From: a virus
Reading direction: 5' to 3' (one strand)
DNA: 64,000 nt
IMG/VR virus record: IMGVR_UViG_3300032286_000925
Coordinates: 1 to 64,000 of that record
The notes below the pieces were generated by a model. That model did no database searches, was not told where the DNA came from, and worked only from the letters and a program-made list of their open reading frames with translations. This document shows, piece after piece, positions 54,162 through 64,000 of this stretch. The first letter of the stretch is position 1, and each line of letters starts with the position of its first letter. The translations under genes and the position numbers were made by a program.

Positions 54162-56201
54162 TTACTTATCTTTAAGATTTTCAGTAATTAGCTTAACCTC
54201 ACAGGCATCCGTAGTGCAGTAAGCGTCACCAATAGCCTCTAGACCCATACCTTGGTAAATTCCATCAAGAGAGATAGGGAATAGCTTTTCAGTTGCAGCT
54301 AAATACTCTTCCTCAGTGATTTGTGTGTACGGCATCTGAGGATAAGTCATGTTGCCTGAAGGCAAGAATGACACAGTCTTCAGCTGACCGTCGTACATAT
54401 GCAGAACTGACTCGATGTGCTTTGACTCAGTCTCAGGGTCAAACGAGATGGTTACAGATACAGAGTTATCTGACCAATAACGCTGGGCTGTCGCAGCAAG
54501 TGCCATCTTTTCAAAGATAGTTACGTCGCGTTCTGCACGTTCCGCAAGAGACTTGATTGGGAAGTAGACAACAGTCGTGTGATCCGGATTAGATACGTCC
54601 GGCTCAACTGTGTAGTTAGCCATCTTGAATAACGCTAACATAGGGTCATCATTTCCAAAACGAATTGCACGGTTGAAGAACTTACCTCCTGGGGTCCAGT
54701 GAACACCCGGGCTCTCACCGGCCAAGATAGATACAGTTCCTGATGGCTTTACAGTCGTGGTCTTGATTGACTCACGGATACCCAGCCACTCAGAATAAGT
54801 AACGTCATACTTCTTTACTACTGCGTATCCCTCGTCCATCCAAGTACGTAGCTCTGGTAGACCCTTACGGTCAGCAAAGTTAGCAATACCAGACATGGAG
54901 GTTCCGATACGACGGTTTCTCTGCATGATTGCGTTGGTCTCTTCCCAGTGTGTAGGAAGAAGAGTTACGGTCTTAGCATAAAGGTAGGCAAACTTTAAAG
55001 TACGAAGATAGTCTTCCTTGCTTTCGTGGCGGTTCAGGTAAGTCTCAACAAGAGTACACATTTCGTAGCTCTCCAAAGACTGCTCTGCACAAGGGTTGTA
55101 GCCCATGATTCGGTGGTCCTTGTTGTTGATTGGGTCACCTAGACGACCATATGCCTTCGAGACGTCTTCCCAGATAACGCCAGGTTCACCGTTAAGAATG
55201 ATTCCATCCACAATTTTTGAGAAATCAGTTCCAACGTTTACCATGACGGAGTTGTTTGACATCCAACCCCAACCAGGGTTCTCGGAGTCATAAGAGTTAC
55301 GCTCAGGGAACTTTTCAGCGTTCTTTAGGTTTAGGAAGTTGTCATCATCAATGCGACCAATCAACAACTCAGCAGAACGACGAACGTTACCAGATACAAC
55401 ACAACGGCCAATTAGGTTACCAATGTCAGCAATATCAATAGTAGTTAAAAGCTCACCAGCACGACCATTAAAAATATCACGAATTTTGTCGTGTAGTGCA
55501 ATCAATGGGTCTGGACCAGATGCAGTACCACCAAAGGTAGCAATAGGAGTGCCATAAGGACGAATTTCGCTGTAGTCAAACTCTAGGCTTGCTTGCTCTG
55601 GCTTCAGGTATGAGTTGATTAGAGCAACAGTGCTCTCCTGCCAACCTTCACGAGTATCTGGAATAGCGTAGGTCTGAGTAGCACCCGGAGCATAAATCTC
55701 AAAGCTCTTGTCTGCACCCTTGTCGTCAAACCCAACGCCCACACCGAGCATCGATGCTTCCATAAGGAATGCGAATGGCTTACCTGGGTTCTGCTTGGTC
55801 ATTTCCAAAGTAGATACAAAAGCACAGTTCTGTAAAGCAGCTGAGTTTTTCTGGACGTTTACGATGTTGGTTCCCATAACCCAAAGTCCACGCCCTGGAG
55901 GAGACCACTTTAGATTAAATAGAGAGTCAAAAAACTCTTTAGCCGAGGCGGCAGCCTTAGCGTCTGACCATGGCAAACGGTTCTGCTTAGCGTGGTCTTT
56001 TTGGATTGAGTATGTACCATTGGTAACACGCTCACAAACTTCAGCCCAAGTTTCCTTGGTGCCATCTTCTTTTTTGCGTGAGTACGTGCGCAAGAATGTA
56101 ATCTCGCCTACAGAGTTGCCAGCGGCATCTTTGTAACCAAAAGGGGATTCTTTTTGCTTGTACTCCGCTACGAACTCTTCATTTAGCTTAAATGAGAACA
56201 T
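54162..56201 (-). CDS. nrdJ: Class II (adenosylcobalamin-dependent) ribonucleotide reductase
   Basis: RTYSR, PPGRGLW, NCAF, NVRRSAE, NPCAE, TTVKPSGT; no small subunit nearby. Confidence 0.93.
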   Translation of the reverse strand: MFSFKLNEEFVAEYKQKESPFGYKDAAGNSVGEITFLRTYSRKKEDGTKETWAEVCERVTNGTYSIQKDHAKQNRLPWSDAKAAASAKEFFDSLFNLKWSPPGRGLWVMGTNIVNVQKNSAALQNCAFVSTLEMTKQNPGKPFAFLMEASMLGVGVGFDDKGADKSFEIYAPGATQTYAIPDTREGWQESTVALINSYLKPEQASLEFDYSEIRPYGTPIATFGGTASGPDPLIALHDKIRDIFNGRAGELLTTIDIADIGNLIGRCVVSGNVRRSAELLIGRIDDDNFLNLKNAEKFPERNSYDSENPGWGWMSNNSVMVNVGTDFSKIVDGIILNGEPGVIWEDVSKAYGRLGDPINNKDHRIMGYNPCAEQSLESYEMCTLVETYLNRHESKEDYLRTLKFAYLYAKTVTLLPTHWEETNAIMQRNRRIGTSMSGIANFADRKGLPELRTWMDEGYAVVKKYDVTYSEWLGIRESIKTTTVKPSGTVSILAGESPGVHWTPGGKFFNRAIRFGNDDPMLALFKMANYTVEPDVSNPDHTTVVYFPIKSLAERAERDVTIFEKMALAATAQRYWSDNSVSVTISFDPETESKHIESVLHMYDGQLKTVSFLPSGNMTYPQMPYTQITEEEYLAATEKLFPISLDGIYQGMGLEAIGDAYCTTDACEVKLITENLKDK

Positions 56202-56275
56202 ATTTAGTTATACCTTCTTCTTTGGGGGAGTATTTAATGTTTTACTAGTATACCCCATATAAAGAATTGGGAGTA

Positions 56276-56503
56276 TTAGTCGTGATTTAAATATAGTGCA
56301 TCAACAATAGATTTGCAAATTGGACAGATCCTTAGTTTTAAAGGGTCTCTATAAGGCACAAACTCTATCCCGCATAAGGCTATTACTGGAGTTCCCATAA
56401 CATATCCCTCAGTAACCTTCGCAGCTTCTGCGTAATGTGCAAAATCCTTTGAATCATCGGTATCAGAAGTTATTGGCAAATCTAGAACATTAACGTTGTT
56501 CAT
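56276..56503 (-). CDS. DUF3039-like protein
   Basis: FAHY......E..V.GTPV.ALCG..VP.RDP....CP.CK. Confidence 0.88.
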   Translation of the reverse strand: MNNVNVLDLPITSDTDDSKDFAHYAEAAKVTEGYVMGTPVIALCGIEFVPYRDPLKLRICPICKSIVDALYLNHD

Positions 56504-57458
56504 TAGGCATATCCTTTAGTATAGACAGAACTTTTTCTTTTGAAATTTTTGCAATATGCGACGAGGCATCTTGCTTTCCAAAACTTATTATTAACTGACC
56601 CCCATGTTCAACCATTCCGGCAGCAAACTCTACTCCCGGAGAAATAAATTGAAAAGGCTCCGTGTATTGAATAATTTCACCATACCAGTTATACCTGACA
56701 AAACAATGAGAGTAGTTTCTAATAACTCCTTGAAGCACCCCAAAAGACTCCGGTTGATACCAGCTATACGGAGCCATGTAGTTTCTGTGAACTACAGCCA
56801 AGTATGTACTATCTCCCAAATCAAGTAGGCAAGAACCGCCTCTAAACTTGTACTCAGGAGTTTTCTGGTCTACAACAATGATGTCATCCTTAGTTGCGAC
56901 CCCACACTCATATATAAAATCAAAGTTTGGGTTTTCTTTATAAGGTAGCATCCAATTTTTTTCAACAGCTTTTTCACCTTTAGGAGATCTATATATATGG
57001 ATAAATTTAGCTTCTTTTTTATCTTTATTATATTTAAACAGCCCTACTCTTGGATAACTCATGTAGCCAACCTCATAGACTACACCTAGCATCCACCAAG
57101 AGTTATCCCGCCAAAACAATCTAAAGTCTTCTATCCCTCTTTTTATTGGAAAAGGACAATTCACTATAGATATTTCTGAAAAATTTTTAAACGTTCTTAA
57201 ATCAGCATCTAATTCTGCAAAATAAACCCTATTTTTAACAAGATTGCCAGTAGTAATTTTTAGATGGTATTGAGGAAAATCTAAAATTAAGTTGCTAGAT
57301 CTAAAAACAACAGCGTACAATCCACTATCATCAACCCCAATAGATGGATTACATAGGGACCAAAGGGGGTCTTTTAGTTGATTTTTATCAGCTAAAAGGT
57401 AAGTTTCTCCCCCTAAATCTTTAAATAAAGGGTGCGGAGGGAAGGTGACATCAGACAT
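56490..57458 (-). CDS. Beta-propeller glycosidase-like protein
   Basis: NPSI, GIEDFRLF, EKNW, RGGS, VEFAAG. Confidence 0.7.
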   Translation of the reverse strand: MSDVTFPPHPLFKDLGGETYLLADKNQLKDPLWSLCNPSIGVDDSGLYAVVFRSSNLILDFPQYHLKITTGNLVKNRVYFAELDADLRTFKNFSEISIVNCPFPIKRGIEDFRLFWRDNSWWMLGVVYEVGYMSYPRVGLFKYNKDKKEAKFIHIYRSPKGEKAVEKNWMLPYKENPNFDFIYECGVATKDDIIVVDQKTPEYKFRGGSCLLDLGDSTYLAVVHRNYMAPYSWYQPESFGVLQGVIRNYSHCFVRYNWYGEIIQYTEPFQFISPGVEFAAGMVEHGGQLIISFGKQDASSHIAKISKEKVLSILKDMPNEQR

Positions 57459-57533
57459 ATATCTTATTCTATCTCAACTTTTAATAAATGCTGTAAAATT
57501 AAGGATGACTACCCTTCCCGAAATTAGGCTCTT

Positions 57534-57893
57534 ATGAGTAATAGTATAGCTGGAACTTACAATATAACGTGCGATCAAGGCGCGACATTTAAGCGTACCC
57601 TGACTTGGACCAATCAGGCTAGAGTTGCCTATAATCTCACCGGTTACACAGCTAGAATGCAGGTAAGAGAGACAGCAACAGCTAGTGGCATTATATTAGA
57701 ACTAACTACTGCAAACAGCAGGATAACCCTTGGTGGCACGGCAGGCACGGTTAATTTACTAGTTGCAGCAAACGTAACTGCCGCCCTTACCCCCGGACTT
57801 TATGTATACGATTTAGAACTAGTTTCTGGCGGCGGTGAGGTGACTCGCCTTATTGAAGGCAACTTTAAAGTCAAAGCAGAGGTAACTCGTTAA
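57534..57893 (+). CDS. Virion structural / baseplate-associated Ig-like protein
   Basis: I..DQGATF...[12 protein letters not shown]...YVYDLEL...RLIEG. Confidence 0.8.
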   Translation: MSNSIAGTYNITCDQGATFKRTLTWTNQARVAYNLTGYTARMQVRETATASGIILELTTANSRITLGGTAGTVNLLVAANVTAALTPGLYVYDLELVSGGGEVTRLIEGNFKVKAEVTR

Positions 57894-58333
57894 TGGCCTT
57901 AGAATTTGAAGATAAAGCGAATAAAGTTATTGTAAATCCACAAGACATAACCAAAGTTATAGTACAAGAAGAAGTAATCAAAGTTGACGTTAGTTTTGGT
58001 GGACCTCAAGGAATTCCAGGCCCAACAGGCCCAACCGGAGCAACCGGAAGCACAGGCCCAACCGGAGCAACCGGAAGCACAGGCCCAACCGGCCCAGCTG
58101 GACCAACTGGCCCCCAAGGTCCAGCAGGTGCAACCCAAGTAGTCGCTTATACCCATACCCAAAATGCGGTATCATTGAGTTGGGTAATTACGCATAATCT
58201 AGGCTTTTACCCAAACGTTGTAGTTACGGATTCAGCTGGAACTGTAGTCGAAGGAGACATCTCATTTCAGTCTGTTAATCAACTTACTATAACACTAACA
58301 CACGCTATAAGCGGATATGCTTATTTATCATAG
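57893..58333 (+). CDS. Collagen-like fibre protein
   Basis: GPT/GAT triplets; W.ITHNLG..P.V.V. Confidence 0.88.
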   Translation: MALEFEDKANKVIVNPQDITKVIVQEEVIKVDVSFGGPQGIPGPTGPTGATGSTGPTGATGSTGPTGPAGPTGPQGPAGATQVVAYTHTQNAVSLSWVITHNLGFYPNVVVTDSAGTVVEGDISFQSVNQLTITLTHAISGYAYLS

Positions 58334-58344
58334 GAAAGTAAACA

Positions 58345-60867
58345 ATGGCACGTAAATTCTTAACACCAATCGACCTCAATAAAAATGAGTTGCAAAACGT
58401 TGCTATTCAAAACCTAGCAAGCGACCCAGCAAGCCCAGCCACAGGTCAAATATACTACAACACTGGTGGAAGTCTAAAATACTACAATGGTTCTGCCTGG
58501 AAGATAGTTACCACAGGAGTAATTACTGCACTTACCTTTAAGAATGACGGTACCGGAGCAGCAGCAAATTCAACCTTTGATGGATCAACTGCTGTATCTA
58601 TATCATATAACTCAATCGGCGCAGCCCCTACAGTTAACGCAACTTTCACCGGAACACTAACTACACCTCTAAATACAGCTGGACTAGTTGTAACAAATGC
58701 TACCGGCGTGCTCTCTAGCACAGCAACAATCGCTGACTCGTACCTAGCAAATATCACTACAGTGGGTAAGGTTCAAAACTCTGCAACTACCGCATCCTCC
58801 GCAAATGGTGCATCAACAATTGTTTCTCGCGATGGAAATGGTAACTTTGCTGCTAACACAATTACTGCTACTCTTTCAGGAAATATCAGCGGGTCTGCTG
58901 CATCTCTATCTGCTGCATCTGCACTACCTGATGGAACAACTGCAACTACCCAAGCGGCAGCAAACAACTCAACAAGAGTTGCAACTACCGCTTATGTAGA
59001 CACAGCTGTATTCAACGGTCAAGCTGGATTCAACGTACACGCTGCTGTTGCAGCAGCATCTACTACAAACATCTCTGGCACATACACTGCTGGTTCTGCC
59101 GACAACTCACAGGGTACGGGTGTCGGTGCGACATTCGTATTCACTACAGCCACTGTAGATGGTGTAACTCTATCTGCAGGCATGCGTGTTCTTCTAAAGA
59201 ACCAGACTACTGCAACTCAAAATGGTGTCTATACAGTAACTGGAACCCCTGGAGCAAACGTTACACTTACTCGTGCAACTGACTTTGATAACAGCGTTGC
59301 TGGTGAAGTCTTTAACGGTGACTTGATTTACATTGGTGGTACAGGCGGGCAAGCTGGAACCACATGGGTGATGAACTCTCCAGGAACTGCCACAACTCCA
59401 TCTGGTGCAGTTAGAATCGGCACTGACAACATCAACTGGGTACAGTTTGCTGGTGCTGGGACCTACACAGGCTCAAACGGTGTAAGCGTAACAGGAACCG
59501 CCATTGCTGGTGTAGACGCAACCACAGGAGCTAAGGGTGTTGCTTCATTCCCATCAGCTCAGTTTACAGTTGCTTCAGGTGCAGTAACCGTTGCAAACCT
59601 ATCTGCTGCAGTTATTTTAAGCGGTACATTATCTGCTGCTCGTGGTGGTACAGGTGTAGACAACGGTTCAAACACTCTAACACTTGCTGGAAACGTAAGT
59701 CACGCAGGTTCATTTACCCAGACATTTACAGCAACTGCCAATACTTCCCTTACTTTACCTACTACAGGTACGCTTGCTACTCTTGCTGGTTCAGAAGCAC
59801 TAACTAACAAAACCTACAATGCTCTGACTCTAACTGCAGCTTCTACAGGTTTTACAATTGCTGGTGGAACAACTAGCAAGACTCTTACTGTAAGCAACAC
59901 CATAGCTCTTGCGGGTACCGACTCAACAACGATGACGTTCCCAAGCACAAGCAGCACAGTTATGACCCTGGCTCAACCAGGAACGCTGACTGGAACTCTC
60001 ACACTTCGTGCAGGTACTGCAACTGCCGGAACTGCCCCTCTATATCTAACTTCTGGTACTAACCTAACTGCAGCCGCAGCTGGAGCAGTGGAGTTCGATG
60101 GTACTAACCTATTCTTCACTCCAAGCAGCACACGCAAGACTATCGCGTTTACTGACTCAGCAATGTCTGGAAACACAACCGGTTCTGCCGCAACTCTAAC
60201 CAATACTCGCTCACTTTGGGGCCAGAGCTTCAACGGTTCTGCCCTTGTCACTGGGATTATTAGTGGTGCAACTCAAGTTATTGGTACTGCTGGCACAAAC
60301 TTTGTCTTAAAAGGCAGTGATTTTAATGCGACCACTGGTACCGCACCCGGCACTTACATATATGGTAGCGAGGCCACAGCCGCTACTGGAAACGCTCAGG
60401 CTGGTAGCGTCTACATCTACTCTGGTGCAAGTGGAAGCGGTAGCGGTACAGCAGGTAGCATCAACATTGGTTCTGGTGAGGTTATAAACCTGGGTGGCGG
60501 CACTACAAACATTGCAGGAACCGTAAAACTTACCTCACTTGGTAATTCTGGTTTTGTAAAACTAAGCACTGGCGGAGCCTTAATTCAAGACACCAATACC
60601 TACCTCACTTCTACATCCGCTACATCCGCAGGATTTGCAAAGAAGTACGCAGAAAACAATGGAGCTCTTACTGCAACCTCAGGTGCAGTTACTTGGACAG
60701 TCACTCACAACTTGAATACCTCAAACGTTACAGTTCAGACATATCAAAACTCAACCAACGCTTCAGTTGAAGTTGATGTTGTAACCACAAACGCCAACGT
60801 CGTGACTCTTACTTTTAACTCAGCAACACTGACAGGTAGCGAATATCGCGTAGTTGTTATTGGTTAA
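58345..60867 (+). CDS. Tail fibre protein
   Basis: T/G/A-rich; [18 protein letters not shown] module; THNL tail. Confidence 0.85.
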   Translation: MARKFLTPIDLNKNELQNVAIQNLASDPASPATGQIYYNTGGSLKYYNGSAWKIVTTGVITALTFKNDGTGAAANSTFDGSTAVSISYNSIGAAPTVNATFTGTLTTPLNTAGLVVTNATGVLSSTATIADSYLANITTVGKVQNSATTASSANGASTIVSRDGNGNFAANTITATLSGNISGSAASLSAASALPDGTTATTQAAANNSTRVATTAYVDTAVFNGQAGFNVHAAVAAASTTNISGTYTAGSADNSQGTGVGATFVFTTATVDGVTLSAGMRVLLKNQTTATQNGVYTVTGTPGANVTLTRATDFDNSVAGEVFNGDLIYIGGTGGQAGTTWVMNSPGTATTPSGAVRIGTDNINWVQFAGAGTYTGSNGVSVTGTAIAGVDATTGAKGVASFPSAQFTVASGAVTVANLSAAVILSGTLSAARGGTGVDNGSNTLTLAGNVSHAGSFTQTFTATANTSLTLPTTGTLATLAGSEALTNKTYNALTLTAASTGFTIAGGTTSKTLTVSNTIALAGTDSTTMTFPSTSSTVMTLAQPGTLTGTLTLRAGTATAGTAPLYLTSGTNLTAAAAGAVEFDGTNLFFTPSSTRKTIAFTDSAMSGNTTGSAATLTNTRSLWGQSFNGSALVTGIISGATQVIGTAGTNFVLKGSDFNATTGTAPGTYIYGSEATAATGNAQAGSVYIYSGASGSGSGTAGSINIGSGEVINLGGGTTNIAGTVKLTSLGNSGFVKLSTGGALIQDTNTYLTSTSATSAGFAKKYAENNGALTATSGAVTWTVTHNLNTSNVTVQTYQNSTNASVEVDVVTTNANVVTLTFNSATLTGSEYRVVVIG

Positions 60868-60886
60868 TAAGTGGTAGTATAAGCTT

Positions 60887-62161
60887 ATGGCTAGATTATT
60901 TAAAACACCAGTAACTGTTGAAGGTGTAATCTCTACAAATAACGTCATAGCGTCCACCCAATCTTCCGGTGACGAAGGCGGTCAAATTGACCTTACTAAA
61001 GCAGCAACCAATACAACGCTTACTACTGGTGTAACACTGGACGTCTTCCAAAATAGACTTCGTATCTTTGAAACTGGCGGAACTAACCGCGGGTACTACC
61101 TTGATATTTCCGCAGGTGGAACCTCTGCAGCAACCAACATAATCGGCACTGCATCGGCAGTTTCTAATACAGTTACAGGAACTAACTCCGCAGACCTTGT
61201 TTACGGAAACATGGCTGACAACGACCAGTTCAGAATTCGTGTTGGTGGTACTGCCACAAACGCAGGTTTCGTAGAGATTGCAACCGCAGACGATGGCACC
61301 GAGCCAATCTATGTGAGACAGTATACTGGCGTATTCACCACACTGGCTAGAACTGCAACTATTCTTGATGGTTCTGGAAATACCTCTTTTCCTGGAACAG
61401 TAACTGGAACTACCTTTTCTGGTTCAGGTGCATCGCTTACTAGCATTCCAGCTGCAAACGTAACTGGAACTCTCACCTCAACAGTTCTTGGAAACTCATC
61501 TGTATTTATCGGTACAACTTCTGTTGCTCTAAACCGTACTAGTGCAAACCTAGCTCTTACTGGAATATCAAGCATAACACTTCCAGGTTCTACATCTGGA
61601 ACAGCTCAAATTATTCCTACTGCCGCAGCTGGAACTGGAACAGTAATTACACTTCCAGCAACAACTGGAACCGTAGCATTAACTGCAAATAAATTATCAG
61701 TATTTGCTGCAACAACATCTTCAGAACTTCTTGGAGTCATTTCTGATGAAACAGGCTCTGGTGCCTTAGTTTTTGGTACAACTCCAACTATCACTCCAGC
61801 AGATGCTGTCGCTGCTACTTCAGCAACTACTGCTGGATTTATGGGTATGCCACAGAATGCTAAAACTGCATCTTATACACTTGTAGCATCAGATGCTGGC
61901 AAGCATATTTATTTTTCTGGAAGCACCGCTTCTCAAACAATAACTATTCCTGCAAATGGTAGCGTTGGTTACCAAATTGGTACAGCAATTACGTTTATAA
62001 ATTTAGCAACCGTATCTGTTAGCATTGCAATTACGACTGACACTATGTATTTAGCAGGTCCCGGAACTACAGGAACTAGAACTTTAGCTGCTTACGGTAT
62101 GGCAACAGCTGTAAAAATCACTGCAACTTCATGGATTATTAGCGGTAACGGTCTTACATAA
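60887..62161 (+). CDS. Tail fibre protein
   Basis: DETGSGALVFGT.PT; C-terminal YTLV.SDAGK..IPAN..V...GT.I module. Confidence 0.85.
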   Translation: MARLFKTPVTVEGVISTNNVIASTQSSGDEGGQIDLTKAATNTTLTTGVTLDVFQNRLRIFETGGTNRGYYLDISAGGTSAATNIIGTASAVSNTVTGTNSADLVYGNMADNDQFRIRVGGTATNAGFVEIATADDGTEPIYVRQYTGVFTTLARTATILDGSGNTSFPGTVTGTTFSGSGASLTSIPAANVTGTLTSTVLGNSSVFIGTTSVALNRTSANLALTGISSITLPGSTSGTAQIIPTAAAGTGTVITLPATTGTVALTANKLSVFAATTSSELLGVISDETGSGALVFGTTPTITPADAVAATSATTAGFMGMPQNAKTASYTLVASDAGKHIYFSGSTASQTITIPANGSVGYQIGTAITFINLATVSVSIAITTDTMYLAGPGTTGTRTLAAYGMATAVKITATSWIISGNGLT

Positions 62162-63561
62162 TGACTGGCATTCTTGGAGGTCTAATTGGAAGTTTTAAGA
62201 CTGCTGTAGCGGGTGTAGTCACTAAATATTTTGCATCCGTACAGAGCAGCACCCCAAAACACGCGTTAGTTTCGGTGGCAACCGATTCTAATCAAAACAC
62301 TTATTATGCAACCAAGTCTGGGTCTACAAGTAGAGCAGGTTTTTTGCTAATAAAAAAGGCAAAAGACGGCTCCATAGTCTGGGTTAAAAACATATCCACT
62401 GGTTATACAACAACAAATGTTGGAGATTCTCCAAACGGCATAAGAGTTATTGGAAGCGACCTATGGGCATGGGGCGTAATGAGGCAAAATATAGGAGTTA
62501 CTTCAGGAAATAACTCTTGGCTGATTAAGTTTGATTTAAATGGAAATATAGTTTCACAGTGGTATCAAAATTGGTCTACAAGTTCACTTAATAGCGAGAT
62601 AATTAGGTTTAATATAGACTCTTCCGGATATTTTCACATGACCTTTTTTGATACCTATGATAAAAGCGTCAACTATTATGATTTAATATTTAATTCAAGT
62701 TTAGTTGCAGTTAAACAGAGGTATTACAGCTACGGTCAATCACTTGACATTAAATCTCGACCATCCGATGGCACTGTGTTTTACTTTGTTCAAAACGATG
62801 GATTTGGGTTCAATCTAGTAACACCAGGAACTGCCCCAACAACCGACACAAGGTATAAATACACAACTTCAGAGACTCCTATAAATTCTTTTAATTCTTC
62901 TGGTTTTACTTTTGATTCAAGCGGAAATATTTATGTTACAAGTTTCACAGTAGGAACTAACGGCTATACTTCTGCAATTCTTCTCAGCAAATTTAATACA
63001 AGTCTTACTCATCAATGGACAAGAAGAATTACTACAGGAACAACGGTTATTCGAGATACTTATCTTGCGTCGTTAACGATAGACAGCTCAGACAATCTTT
63101 ATCTATCACTCAGATACGCATTCTACTCTACAATTTTTAAGTATAACTCATCTGGCACTTTACAGTGGAAGTCTAGAATCGTATTCACCTCTGGCGCAAA
63201 TACAGCCACCGAAATGGCTCCGTATCTTTACATAGACTCAAACAATGATTTAGTTATGATTGCCTCTCAGTATCAATATTTTCCTGACGGAATAGCCTTA
63301 AAAATTAAATCAGACGGCTCTATGGCAGACAACTCGCTGAGAACAATACCAGGAACTTCCCCTGCCCTTGCAGTTAGGATAACCGCAGACACTACTTATA
63401 CCGATGCTGCTTATTCGTATGTAACAGCCTTTTCTGCCCCACCTTCTGGGTATATAACGTACCAAAACTATACAGCGGCTTTTACAACTACTATGCCATA
63501 CACAGTAACAAACACAGACATAACTGCAAGCTACACCGAAAATCAATACCTAACTACGTAA
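62161..63561 (+). CDS. Beta-propeller repeat protein (putative receptor binding)
   Basis: Repeated DSSGN.Y and K.NSSG.LQW. Confidence 0.8.
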   Translation: MTGILGGLIGSFKTAVAGVVTKYFASVQSSTPKHALVSVATDSNQNTYYATKSGSTSRAGFLLIKKAKDGSIVWVKNISTGYTTTNVGDSPNGIRVIGSDLWAWGVMRQNIGVTSGNNSWLIKFDLNGNIVSQWYQNWSTSSLNSEIIRFNIDSSGYFHMTFFDTYDKSVNYYDLIFNSSLVAVKQRYYSYGQSLDIKSRPSDGTVFYFVQNDGFGFNLVTPGTAPTTDTRYKYTTSETPINSFNSSGFTFDSSGNIYVTSFTVGTNGYTSAILLSKFNTSLTHQWTRRITTGTTVIRDTYLASLTIDSSDNLYLSLRYAFYSTIFKYNSSGTLQWKSRIVFTSGANTATEMAPYLYIDSNNDLVMIASQYQYFPDGIALKIKSDGSMADNSLRTIPGTSPALAVRITADTTYTDAAYSYVTAFSAPPSGYITYQNYTAAFTTTMPYTVTNTDITASYTENQYLTT

Positions 63562-63568
63562 GGAACAT

Positions 63569-64000
63569 ATGAGTAAAAAACTGTATATGCTACACATACC
63601 GAAGTGCGGAGGACTTTCAATAAGTCTTATAAAAAAAGTTTTACCAAGAAACATAAACGTTTATCCAAATGAAAGATTTGATGATTTTACAGATTTTAAT
63701 AACTACGATTATGTACATTGGCACTTTGGCTCGACTTTAATAGACGACCCAAACTGCGACACAGTTTGCATAGTTAGAGACCCAGTAGATAGGGCTATCA
63801 GCAATTTTCTTTGGCTAAAGCAGCAGAACAGCCTAATCGAATCGACTGTATACACTGACGATACTTCATTGCTAGACCAACTAAAATATTATCTTTTTGA
63901 AGACAAGAACTACTTCTCACATAGAAACCTACAAGCAAAATTTCTATCAAATGGAATTTCAAATGATATTTTAGAAGCAGTGTATAAAAAAATTCCAAAT
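63569..64000 (+). CDS. Sulfotransferase-family protein, truncated by the window end (absent from the ORF track)
   Basis: MSKKLYMLHIPKCGG (5'-PSB loop) and RDPVDRAIS (3'-PB motif); AAGGA RBS. Confidence 0.85.
   Translation, partial: MSKKLYMLHIPKCGGLSISLIKKVLPRNINVYPNERFDDFTDFNNYDYVHWHFGSTLIDDPNCDTVCIVRDPVDRAISNFLWLKQQNSLIESTVYTDDTSLLDQLKYYLFEDKNYFSHRNLQAKFLSNGISNDILEAVYKKIPN

Noticed and set aside
58000-58135. Tandem DNA repeat in 57893..58333 as a separate element
   Set aside because: It is explained by collagen Gly-X-Y coding.
1087-63998. Numerous short antisense ORFs inside terL, vWA, AAA, nrdJ and tail genes
   Set aside because: They are fully overlapped by well-supported genes on the opposite strand and show no RBS or recognisable motifs.
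1-64000. Stop-codon reassignment, retron or diversity-generating retroelement
   Set aside because: Long genes are intact in the standard code with all three stop codons used, and no reverse transcriptase was found in the window.

Overview
This window is a 64-kb piece of a large tailed dsDNA phage genome, most likely infecting a low-GC (freshwater-type) actinobacterium. The host call rests on WhiB, a ClgR-like regulator, DUF3039, MSMEG_6728-family and FmdB-like genes and SigA-type promoters. Layout: (1) 1-4.1 kb: a higher-order tandem repeat, terminase large subunit, a peptidoglycan-binding protein and NlpC/P60. (2) 4.2-22.2 kb: about 30 tandem minus-strand expression cassettes. Each has its own TTGACT-17-(TGn)NANNNT promoter, 1-2 small genes and a hairpin terminator, and they are separated by a conserved ~47-bp AT-rich triple-TAATT repeat whose variants drift along the array. 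(3) 22.3-28.9 kb: SSB, a ClgR-like regulator, a YubB-like protein, a vWA protein and a MoxR-type AAA+ ATPase. (4) 29-32.5 kb: a zone dense in TCGTTAAAAGTT boxes around a Cys-less CHAP protein and a candidate small terminase. (5) 33-51 kb: glycosyl- and methyltransferases, a candidate origin, a PA14 coiled-coil protein, an M23 peptidase, thioredoxin, DNA methyltransferases and a run of unrelated small proteins that share a C-terminal EE-x-[DN]-[IV]-V-Y tail. (6) 50-52.5 kb: tRNA(CAT), atypical tRNA-like RNAs, other structured RNAs and tmRNA. (7) 53.6-64 kb: WhiB, class II RNR, tail-fibre genes and a truncated sulfotransferase. The best leads are the repeat-delimited cassette array, the shared C-terminal peptide tag (possibly linked to the MoxR/vWA pair) and the ncRNA cluster. 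All family calls come from motif recognition by eye; no database searches were run.
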